This document shows positions 49,001 through 61,000 of a stretch of DNA of 64,000 bases, one piece after another. Location of the stretch: contig NIVC01000749.1 in NCBI GenBank assembly GCA_002269645.1, positions 124,001-188,000 on the forward strand, written 5' to 3'. This DNA comes from Macrostomum lignano. Lineage: Eukaryota. Below the pieces are notes generated by a model, which saw only the letters and a program-made list of their open reading frames with translations, had not been told where the DNA came from and searched no databases. Every line of letters begins with the position of its first letter. Position 1 is the first letter of the stretch. The translations under genes were made by a program, and so were the position numbers.

Positions 49001-52000
49001 GACAGGGGCACAAGAACCCGGTCATGGTTTTTAGACGACCCAGCATGCTGTGCTACGTTGCGCAGCAGTTGTGCCTGGTAGTCAGAAGGCGTGGCTTTGT
49101 TATTCTCATTTTCATCGTCTGTGTCGCCTTTGTCGTCGTTGGCTAGAGCAGTAATAGCCGCGAAAACGGAAAGAAGTGCGCGCCGTTTCAACTGCGCAGC
49201 ACGAACTTTACGAGTCGGTGATTTCTTTTATTAAATCTTGACTCGTCTTTTGTTAGGTGTCAAGCTGCTGCTCCAGGCCGTGAATTGTCGAATGACACAG
49301 CGAGCTCCTGACGAAGAGCCGAGTTTTCACTTTTGAGGTTCCGGAGTTGCTCCTCTTTTTTTGGGCAGGTTTCTACCACTGTCTGCTGATCCTGTGAATT
49401 TGCGGCGGTTTGGCAGAGTTTTGGATTGGCAGAGTTTTGGAAAAAACATTTACTTGGTTTAATGAGGCATACGGACCCTTGACGATTTTGGCTAGATGAC
49501 GAGTAGCCGTTTTTTATTCGTGTTTGCGGTGATGACAGACACTGGATGGCCAACAGTTCGATAGCCATCAATGTCGTCGTCGTCATTGATGATGGCGCAT
49601 TGCTGCTTGCCAGTCGTAAACTGAATGATAGTCAGGAAAGAAAGAAAGAAAGAAAGTCAAGGAAACTTTTGCGGAATTTTGCTGACTGAAATAAAAGAGT
49701 CTCATTAGTTGGAATTAAACGTCTCCACGATATCTTAAATTCCTCAGGCAATTAACGTGACTGCTAAAGTACAGAGCTTTAGCTTCCCAATTTACTGGCA
49801 CTTAAGTTATACTTAAGTCTCGCGCGTCCTCTTGGAAGCATTCTCCTAGTAGCGTAGTTAGTTCTGCCACCAGCCCGTTTGGTCTCGGCCTTCGGTGAGG
49901 TGACCTTCCTTCGCGAAGAAATAGCAGACGAGCGAACACAGCACCTCGTGCAGATTTGCAGCTCAACGCACTAAGGCGTCTCGTCAGCAGATCCTGTCGG
50001 GCTCAATGGGTGGTTGGGAGGGCAAAGTTAGCCTCTTGTTGGCTTGGTGCCTTTGAATGGACAGTCAGGCCAATAACAGAAGAGTTCAAATGTACGCACA
50101 CGCGCGAGCGGAGACGAACTGAATTGAACTGTACGGAGAAATTGAGATATCCGAGAAAATAGAGAATCCTTCACAGATAATAAAAAATGAATAAATAAAC
50201 AAAAATAATCAAAAAACATATGTGCTGCACTTTAGGCTTGGCTTGTCATGTGACTTGCTTACGTGACAAGGGAAAACAGGCTACTGCCGTGACCTCAGGA
50301 CAGAAGCAAAACAAGAGCAAACCACAGCAGAGATGCCCATGGCTGCAAAGAAGAACGCAGAGCAAAGGGAAAGGGACGGAGCACAGGTAGACCAAAAAAG
50401 GGGAAGCTGCCCAGGGGCAGACAGCAACCCAAAGCGGTTCGAGGGAAACTGCTGACAGTAGGGCGACGCCTAACACTAAACTAGCGGCTCGATACATGAC
50501 CACATTAACATAACTGAATGCTAATCTAATAATAATAATAGTAATAATATTGTACAATGTACAATAGCAGATAATGTACAATCAAGATTATAAAGTTAGC
50601 GACAGCTAAATTTATGAAATTCGGCCAACACAACTATATATTTGGTAATAGTAGAGTGGACTAGCCAATTCCAACTCCAGTCGGAGCTTGCCATCCTAAC
50701 TCCATCCCTTGGTTGTTCCACTCAAAAAAATTCCACGGGGCTGTCTTTATCATGAAAATTTCCACTATAGCATTATTTGATCTCTTTCTTATTCAGATTT
50801 CGATTTCAAAAACCCCAAGATAGCAAGCATCCTCCGATAGAAAGCATCCCCTGTAGCGTGTATCCCTAAATAGCAAGCATCTGGCGAAAGCAAGCAATCT
50901 CAGTAATTCCCCCCGTCAGCCTTGATATGCGACTTGTGCCGAATAGCAAATTTAATTCAATAAGTGTGCCTTGTTAATTGAACAAAAATGTTCTAATCAG
51001 TCGATGCACAAGCTACAAATGAATGAAAAAATTCAATTTTAATTGTCTGCGGGGAGGCAGACGCGAACTTAAGACTTTACGCCTAGCCTAAACCTAGTCT
51101 TTGTCTACAGTGTGGCTATTCCGCCTATTGATCGGAGGGCGAGAAAATCAGCCATATATGCTTCGGCACTGAAGTCAAGGCACGTTGAGGCGGTTGTAAT
51201 TTTGTGGCTCTTCAGATTCAAAAATTGTTTTAGAGCCGCGCTAATTAAAAACCAGTGGGCAACCTCATCGCTCCTTCCCGTCTCATCCGTCAGGCTGCGG
51301 CTGAGTCGAGCGTCGTGGCCGAGCCGACCGACTTCACCGACGAAGCCAGCGGTCGCAGCGGCAAGTTCAGTGTCGAGCGGGGCGGCTACCGCGAGCTGAT
51401 GTCGCTGGCGCTGCCGCATCTGCGCAACGCCGAAGCCGCTGCGCTCAACGCCAACCAAGCGGAGATGCTGCGTCGCTACGCGGCCTCGTTCGCCGGCGGC
51501 AGCATCGACGAGCACAAGGCCGGGTCGAGGGCCTGGATTCGCGACAAGGGACCGGCTGTGGAGACCTACATGGGCTTCATCGAGTCCTACAGGTTTGGGC
51601 ATTTATTTCAGTGGCTGGGTCAATTTCAATTTTTATGATTATTATCCAGGATGATTATTAGACAGGTGCCAAACATCTAACCAGCTACTGTAGTAGATTT
51701 ATAATATTCAGCCTGACTTACCTTAAAAACCTTTGAAATTGATGAAAACGTGCTAGGGTTTAATTTTTCTACTTGCCGTTAATTACGGTGCTGTATAGCA
51801 GATCGTCTACTAACGAGTAGTACGAATTGAATATCTTTTGCTGTGCCCGAAAACAGTGCCATAAACCTATCTGTTCCCACAAAAAGTAACTGACTCAATC
51901 ACCACGAATGGCGAGACTCCCGTCCTAAGTGATTAAGTTGTCTTTGAACTGACTGAGGTTATCAAACTGACTCGCTGAGATTGAGAGTCCAACTTATATC

Positions 52001-55000
52001 TAAGACTACGACTAAATTGAAGACTAAAAAGCCATGACTTGTGATTTGGGACCTAACCCGAGAAAAAAAACCAAACTTGCTAAGTACTTCGTAAGTCAAT
52101 AATGCAACCTCGTGGCAAGTATGCAATGTTTTCTCGACTTACTTCTCAAGTACTTTCAAATATGCAAAGTTTTATACAAGCTATATATACTTCTCACATT
52201 TCAAACTGATGTAGGTGACTTGTTTACTAAAAAGTTTAAAGAAATAAAATTTCAGAACTTATCCAATGGGTTTGGAGTTAACAAAGAATGAAGAATAATG
52301 TCATCACGGATAATTTAAATTTATCAGTAAAATTAATTTAATTTTAATTTACTGCCGCGTGTTGGGCAGCGCCGCCCAGTTTCCCGGACCGCGACGCACA
52401 GGCGAGTTAGAGCGAGACTGGGCGGGCACGCGTGGCTGGTGTCCCGGCAACTTCGGAAACTGACACCACCGGCGGCATGTGTGCGCCTGCAGGCCGTAGA
52501 AGACGTGCTCGCGGCAGACGACTGGACGATGACCAGGTCGGAACGGCGGCACATCGTTGCGAGGTGGCCCCCGTGTCGCAGATGAGCCGTGGGTGTGCAG
52601 AGCTGGGATGGCAGCGACAGGCTGCGCTGCTCCGAGCTGCCCTACTGCGTTGATCTTCCCGCCGGTACTCTGGACGCTGAACATCGCGTCGGCGATGGTG
52701 GCGATCTCCGTAGGGGATTGGCCTTGGAAACCCGACAGTGCGATGCGGAACTCGCTGGGTAGGCAGCGGAGCAGGGTTGCTTTGACCATATCCGGGCACG
52801 TCGTAAAATTTAGTCCGCACTGCGACATCTTGGCGACCAGGAGAAAGATCGAAGGTTTATCTCCGCCGAGGTCTGAGGTTGCTAGGATTTCATTGATTTT
52901 TTCTTGTTGGCTCTTCTGCAGCATGTTGCAGACGCCTTTCTTCAGGTTGGTGTAGCTCTGCGCATTAGCTGACGATAGCGAATCCCTGGACAGGAAGACC
53001 GAGCCGATGTCCTCGGGTAAATGGGCGACCAGATGAAAAAACTTAGTTTTCTCAGAGGTGATGTGCGCTAAGTTAAACTGCGCCTCCAGAGTGCAGAACC
53101 ACGCTTCTGGATTTGTCCGATAGAAGGGTGGTGGCTTGACAGCTACAGCTGCCACTGCTGGTTGACCAGTTGGCGCAGCGTCGTCGTTCGCGGCGTCCTG
53201 ACCCTGGAGTGCGTCGGCTTCGGGTTGAATTGAGTCTTCGTTGGACATCTTTGGTGTCGCCTCACCGGACCAATTGTAGCGGCTAGGAAATGAAGAAGGT
53301 AGAGCTAGGCGGTGGTTCGCCTTTGTTTTGCTTCTTTGGTTAGCACTTGAGTTGCTTGAATATCGAAGAGGCTTGGAGAAAAATGCTGGTTTGGCTACTG
53401 TATATTTATACTATAATTTGACCTTCCGGAAATTTCTGGAATCGTTCTAGTGCATTAAAACAAATTCTATAGTAAGTATCGTACGTACGGTATTCATATT
53501 TTGTATAATGACGAATTACAGTAATTAAATATTTAATGAGTAGAAATATTTACTACGTGATTAGAGATAGCTAGATAAAGAATTTTCTAGAATTTAACTC
53601 GTACTGTATTGCAGAATTTTCAGGAAATAAACATCATACGGTATAGAACTTTCGCGAAGGTCACTACAAAAGAAACTATTCGACGAGGAAGTATTTTGGA
53701 GCCGCACAAAAACTGTATAGTGTACTATAGTATTATTATGTATTGCACTATAAGAATGAACATAAAAGTTGCAACTGAACAAATTAAAACGTTCCATTGC
53801 AGGCAGTAAAAGTCGCGGATAAAAGAAATTAGAAGCATAAATAATCCGCTGCCGATATGAAGCACCATTTTAAAAAAAATATTTTGTAACACTAGATAAA
53901 CAAAATTGCGCAGAATTACCAAAAATTGCAGTCGGAGACGCAATAATTTCGCCATTCTTGCAAGCGAATTACAAGTGAATTGTTCTTTTTAATTGCGAGA
54001 AGCCTAAGCTAAATTGCACTTTAGTTGCAATTTCGGTAAGATATTTTCTTGAAATTTAACTGCACAAAAATGGCACGTCAATTACATATAACTTGCATGA
54101 GGATTACAATAAATTTCTTGTAAATAGCAATTTTATTGCAATTATCATGTTACATAACGTTTTTACTATCCTACTTGGAGTAGTGCACTGAGCAAATAGC
54201 CAATCGCTGATCCTCGCTTTCTCTGCTAAATATATGCATATACAATATTGTATTTGTATATATTTATATATATAAATTGACAGAACGTCTAGAACGTTTA
54301 TAAAAAAATTGTTTATTAAGCAAACGCAACACGCTTAACAATGAGAGCCTATGAAGCCTATACATCGAGAGAGCTTCAGTGAGGACCAAAAAATAACTGA
54401 CGAACTAGCCACATATTCAATTTTTTTTAATTCAAACCGAAGGGCACATTACAAGGGCGCAGTTGCAACTTTTGAAAAAGTTGATATTCGATGCAAAAAG
54501 ATGTATATTTGTATTACTTTAAAAACTAACAAAACAGTTAAAATATAAAAACATGATCGGTTAACACAATGGATGTTTTGATAACATTCCAAATATTAAA
54601 GAAAGTATGAAAACATACAACTAAAAACAAAAAAAGAAACTAACGAATGTACATGTACGTTGTGCTGTGAATATATAGTTAAAAATGAAAAATAGGCATA
54701 TTAAAGGGAAAAATTAAGGTGCAAGAATGTATCGCACTAGGTTGGCCTAGGTTGGCCTAAATTTCGAATTAGGTTGGCGAATCCTTGTTCTGAATAGAAT
54801 TGCGGAGGAGGCGACGACAGAAGTCATGTCTGTGAAGTGTGGCGGCTGGTTCCGCCATATGCTGTGTTATGTGCCAAGCTGCATGGCTGGAGAAGCGATT
54901 TTGTAAGTTGCAAGATTGAGGAAGGGACTGCTTATCATGCTAACGTTTTGGCACAGTGGCAAAGAAAGGCAGCGGCAGTTGTGTCATTGACACGCTTGCT

Positions 55001-58000
55001 TGCAACTAGTGATGTAAACCGTCTTTTAAAATTTAAATTAACCAACACTCATTGTCGCATTCCCAAACAAGCCTTCTGACGACGAGATGCTCGAGTCCTG
55101 CAATGACCCACTTGAGTGTGAATCTGATTGGTCAAATAGAATTGGACTCGAAGTCACTCGTGGTTGCCAATCTTCTGCATGTCCATGGGTTGCATCTTCT
55201 AGACCCAAACGAAAATCATCAGAGTCTGAAGAACTGGATATTGAAGTAGACGCTGTTGGCTTCCCGGTTTAGGCACTTAAGTTTACCTTAAGTCTCGAGC
55301 CTCTTCTATCGGAAGCATTCTTAGCTCTTAGTAGCGTAGGTAGTGCTGCCACCAGTTCCTTCATGGTCTCGGCCTTCGATGAGGTGATCTTCCCGTCGGA
55401 ACGAAATAAACAAGTCAACGAACTCAGCACTGTGTGCAGATTTGCAGCTCAACGTACAGGGCGTCTCGTCAGCAGATCCTTAAAGCGTCTCGCTCGCCTG
55501 GTGGGGGCTTGGTGGATGAATGGGAGGGCTGTGTCAGCCTGCCGTAGGCTCGGGGTTGGCTTTAAAGGGGTCTCAGTCAGACCAATTATAGGAAAGCAAA
55601 TGTACGCAGACGCAGAACGGGCGTTTCAGACACTTAGAGAACGGATGACTTTAGATAAATAAACTAGCGGCTCACTACACTCTCCCCGTTCAAATAAAGA
55701 GGCGGAGTGAAAGCGGAGCGCGCTTTTATTTAATAGTTGAAAATAATGGGTTTACTTAAAAATGTCTGGCAAAAAGGTGGCGATGTCATGGGCAGAATTA
55801 TTGCACGGCTGGGCCAAGGCCGGGATTGTAGCCCGAAATGGCGTAGCGGGGGGCGCCGGCCCCTGCGAAGTAAAGGCGCCTAAATATGGCGGGATGCCTT
55901 AAAGGCTGGCAGAGCCCGGGAGGCTAAAAAATGGAGCAGCAGACATTGCTTAAAATTTGGCAAACCTACGCAGCACCGGATGCCTAAAAGTGGTTGCCCG
56001 CGCCAGGGCAGAGCCCTAAAATAGAGCTTAAAAACGAAGAGGCTGGCAAGTCTCTCGGGCACAATGGCACCAAAAATTACAATTCAGTAGCAGGTTGGGG
56101 GCGCCGGCCCAGAAAATTAGCGCCTGAATATGGTGGGATGCCGGGAGTCAATTGGCAGAGCCCGCGGGATCAATGGGCGCTTCCGAGGAAGGCAGAAAGG
56201 GGAAAATACCTCGTACTCGTAAAAAGGCGAATTTACGGGTTAAATGCGGCCGGGCTAACCGTAAAGAAAACCCGAGATTCAAAGGCCTGTACGCAATGCA
56301 GTTGCCCCTGGACTGCAGAAAAAGGGGCTAGAGATTGGGAGCGAACGAAATGCGCCTTCAAGCACAGGCCTAGGCAAGTTAAAAGGGGAAAGGGCCAGTG
56401 CCGATTAACTAGTCTCTCCTGGTCACTGTCATGAGCACACGCGGCTTAGCCTTGGTACCCGGTCGCACATCCGCACAATGTCCGGAACCTCGGGAGCTTG
56501 GCCAGCGATCAAGCGGGTGACTGTGCGGGCCGTCTCCGGGTGCGGTGGGTTTCGCAGGGTTGGCGCGGACAGCTGGGCGGCCTCGTCCATCAGCCGCTAT
56601 CGGTAGTCGTCACTCAGGGCGCGGAGGCTGGCCCACCGCGGCCATCCTGCCCCAAGGGTTGGCAGGGTGCCCAGCTGAGCGGCGCCCGTGAGTAATTGAG
56701 CCTGGTAATACACCGCCTTGATGTAGCGATTGACGGCGGCTTGGACCTCTGGCGCGAGGTTCGCCGGCACTGGCTCTCCATCGTCGTCTCTGGCCGCTCC
56801 CGGGACCGCCGCCTGCGGATCCGGCGAATTCGGCGGCGCTGGGGGTTCCGGATGGCCGAGGTCAGGGCCCAGCGGACCTCCGTAGCCAGCTCGGTCCAGG
56901 CGGCCGCATAGGGATCTCGGCTTTCGGGGAGGTCTTCGGTCTGGCAGGCGGCCTCGGCTTGCTCTGGGTCCTCCGAGACCTCGGACTCTGGGACCGTTGG
57001 CAGCCAGGTCTCGTCGTCACGAGGTGGTGAGGCCGGCTCTAGCCGACGCTCCTGGCCGACCGAGCTGAAGAAACTGGGGGCGGTGCTAGTGTCTGCCAGT
57101 GGTCCGCCAGCGTCAGCGGACGTCTCCGGTCGGGCGTCTCGTCGCTCGGCCTGGGTCACCAACGCCGCTGACCCGCTTGCCGCTGATCGGTGATGCTGAA
57201 GCTGTAGCGAAACTCTTCGCCACGACCTCAGTGACGGAAGGGCCGGCCTGGGTGATCTCGCTCCCGGGACGAGGCATCGGAGTATCCGGCTCTGTCAGGT
57301 CTATGAAGATGTGAGCTGCAGTTCGGGAACGGCGATGCTCACGGCCCGTCGTTTCGAGGCTAGCTGGCGTGGGCTTGGACTCCTCCTGGTTGGCGGCAGC
57401 GGCTTCCTAGGCCATGTCTGCCTCAACCTGTTTGTGGATCATGACAATGCTGCGGGCGATCCCGTCGGAGAAGGGCGCCTGCGGGGCAGCCTGGCACTTT
57501 AGAGAGATCTGCGTGACGCGGCGGACACACTGCAAGCAAGAGGGAGCTGCGTCCCGTCATACATAGTTACGCAATCGGGAATAGAGCATGCGATATAATA
57601 CAACGAGGCATCCGAGGTCTAATAGCGGCCCAGGTTGACGAACCAAGGAAGTTTTTCCGGCTGCCGCTGTCTAGCAAGAAAGGGACCTCTCGACTCGCTA
57701 CTCGGCCTGTGACGTACGGATCGGCCTCATGCGAATGGATTTTTTTATTCAGGGAGGTGTCCACGAAACCTCTGCACTCCGCGTCACTTACTGACGAGCG
57801 ACTGTCGGACTGGGCATTGGCTGCACAGCCGACATTCTCTTCTTCTGGTGACCTCTCGGAGTCTGCCAAGTAGCCTTGGCTTGGACCTCTCGGAGGGCGG
57901 TGCCGTTGTCGTTCTCCGGCTGGCCGTTTCCCTGGTTCTGGCGAAACTGGCATTGTGCACTTCGGTGACCGGGCTGTCCTCATCCGTAGCAGATCACAGC

Positions 58001-61000
58001 CTTCGATGACGGGCTTGCTGTCTGCTGTTGGTCACGCTGCACCAGGTGATCAAGCAGTCGCTGCTGCTTCTCGATCAAATCGGTTGGAGTTGGCAAGGCT
58101 TGGGCAGTGACGTCGGGCTTCGGGTCGCCGTCCTGCTCCCCGTCAAACATCCGAACCGGGGGTTTAGCGGATCGCTGCGCCAACTCTTTGGCGCCTTCTA
58201 GTCGGCGAATCCAGTAAAGCCGTTCACGAAAGTCTGGAGTCGTCCGGATACCAGCAAGAAATTGATCGGCAAGTTCCTTCTCGCGGTCTTCAGGGTGCAT
58301 TTGAGGATACGCACGTTCACCAAGAGTTCTCAGGTCGTCAGCAAACTCTTCTGCTGACTCATTCTTGCCTTGTTGACGACGTCGCAGCAATTCTCGGTAC
58401 TCATCAGCACCACCATGACGGGCAAATCGCTCTATCAGAAGTTGTTTAACCTCCTCGTAGCTGGCGAAACGCGGAAGATTCATACCAAGCAAGGCAGGTT
58501 ACGCAGTAGCTAAGTCAAGACTCGCGATGAGGTGTTGCTTCATCTCGAACGGGTCGACGATGCGCCCCATCTTGCAACGCTGCTCTAACGCGGCAAGCCA
58601 GACGTGAATGTTCTGACTTGGAGTAAATTTAACGATCTTAACTTATTTACTCACGGTCCGCTCCATCTGTTGCTGCAGGGCTGCAATCATGGTCCTCACG
58701 TCCTGGTGCGTGATGTTCTGGCCAATGTTGTCCAGGCCTTGCAAAAGATCGTCTGGCGGGTCGTCGGAAACATCGCTTCTCGCACCTCGCCTCGGCGTCG
58801 TTTGCTGACAGAAGTCGTTGCTCACTGCTGCTGCCGCGGCGGCGTCTGCTGCCGCAGGCCTTGAACTACTGACGTGCTGATCCAGCCGGCTGCTGCACCG
58901 GCTCTCGTCTCGCTCGTTGAACATGTTGATCTCGTCGTAGTTGCTGGCCGACGTCGTTCTCAAAAGAGCGGTTGGCTTGGGTGTGTCGTAGTCGGATCTC
59001 ACCGCTGCTTCACCATTGAAGTAGACGCTGTTGGCTTCCCGGTTTAGGCACTTAAGTTTACCTTAAGTCTCGAGCCTCTTCTATCGGAAGCATTCTTAGC
59101 TCTTAGTAGCGTAGGTAGTGCTGCCACCAGTTCCTTCAGGTCTCGGCCTTCGATGAGGTGAGCTTCCCGTTGGAACGAAATAAACAAGTCAACGAACTCA
59201 GCACCGTGTGCAGATTTGCAGCTCAACGTAGAGGGCGTCTCGTCAGCAGATCCTTAAAGCGTCTCGCTCGCCTGGTGGGGGCTTGGTGGGTGGATTGGAG
59301 GGCTGTGTTAGCCTGCCGTAGGCTCGGGGTTGGCTTTAGAGGGGTCTCAGTCAGACCAATTATAGGAAATTAAATGTACGCAGACGCAGAACGGGCGTTT
59401 CAGACACTTAGAGAACGGATGACTAACGGTCAGACAGGACGCTGAACACTCAGAACTTTAGACTCTAGAGAAACTCCTTTACGGAAACAAGGGGGAGGGG
59501 TCCTATTTATAGCACGGGATTCTTTTCTGCCCAAAGCGCACAAGAGGCCGTATTCAGAAAGCTTAGTCCAGACTAGCTAGTCCGGACTTGGGTAGTTCAG
59601 TCTATAGTCTAAGAAAAACTCCAAGAAAACAAGATCTGTCATGTGACTTGCTCACATGACAGGGGAAACAGGACTGGATCGAAGCAAGGACAGACCACAG
59701 CAGAGAAGCTGAGGGCTGAGAACAGAGGCGCAGGAAACGGGCAGCAAACAGGCAGACAAGGGAAGGCGGGAAGCTGACCAGCGGCAGACAGCAACCCAGG
59801 GCGAGGGCGAGGGCGAGGGGGAGGGCGAGGAAAACTGCTGACCAAGTGCGACGCCTAACACTAAACTAGCGGCTCACTACAATATTGATAGAATGGCAAC
59901 TCGGCGCCCCGCTTTGCTTTTTGCTTTGCATAGTAGGCCAGATCCTGTTTTTTAGGCGCGTGTCTGGAGATTCTGGAATAGCAAAAGTTAAAGGGATAAT
60001 TTGAAGACAAACTTTAAACGTTAAAAAAGTAAATAAATATAAGGAGAAGGTTTTAACAAAAAATAGATAAAACAAACAAATAACTTGCATGTGACTGTAT
60101 ATTTAGCTAAGAAATGTAACTAATGCCATTAAGGCAAAAGTAATAGCAAATGACATATAATCAAACAATTTGACTATGAAGTATGAAATAAAAATGAAAG
60201 ATTATAATTTTTATTATGATTATGGATGTCTAGAGCTGACCTAGTAGGCATCCAGTTGTTATCTCCAGAAACTCTGGTAGGAATTGACAATACGAATACA
60301 TTTTAAAATAAATTTTATGAGTATAACCTTCACAAATTTCTAAGTAATGTACGTAGTATCTTTAGTATCTTTATCTTTAGCTTGTACTTAAACTGCACAC
60401 GATTCGGTATGTAGCTCAGCTCAAGTTTCCTAAAATTTCTACCAACAAAATATTTTCTATACAAGTATAATACTTTCGAACTGTCTGGCATAGCCAAGAA
60501 TAGTAGATTAGATTGAATAAAATAGCAAGAAACACTGCAGTTTGCACTTGCATTGATAAAATATATTTATAAATTAGTTTAATTTAGATTCAGGACTGTA
60601 AATGCCTCTTGCGCAAGCCACGCTTGATGTCATTGCCAAGCTGGTTAGCTGCCTCCCGAACATTTTGGACAGCTACTGCTGCATCCTTATTGAATCTGCT
60701 ATTGCAGGCTTCAAAAAAAGCCTAAATGAGTTGGTGATGCGGGCGCCCTTGATCCAGTAGTCTTCTTCAGGTGAACTGAAGCAATGCAGAGTTAAGTGTC
60801 TTGGTAAAGGTCATAAATTGTTCCTGAGTAGGTCACGAATCGAACCCCCGACCTTTCAGTCGAGAGCCCGAAGCTCTTAATCCGCTATAGTAAAAATTAT
60901 AAGTTATACAATTCTCAATTTTTATACAGAGATCCATTCGGAGTTCGCGGCGAATTCGAAAGCTTCGTAGCCGTGGTGAACAAAGAGCAGAGCGCCAAGT

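Noticed and set aside
54760-55240. Possible coding fragments flanking Gypsy element 3 (also ~60590-60790)
   Set aside because: Short, with stops, and no recognisable motif or consistent splice structure.
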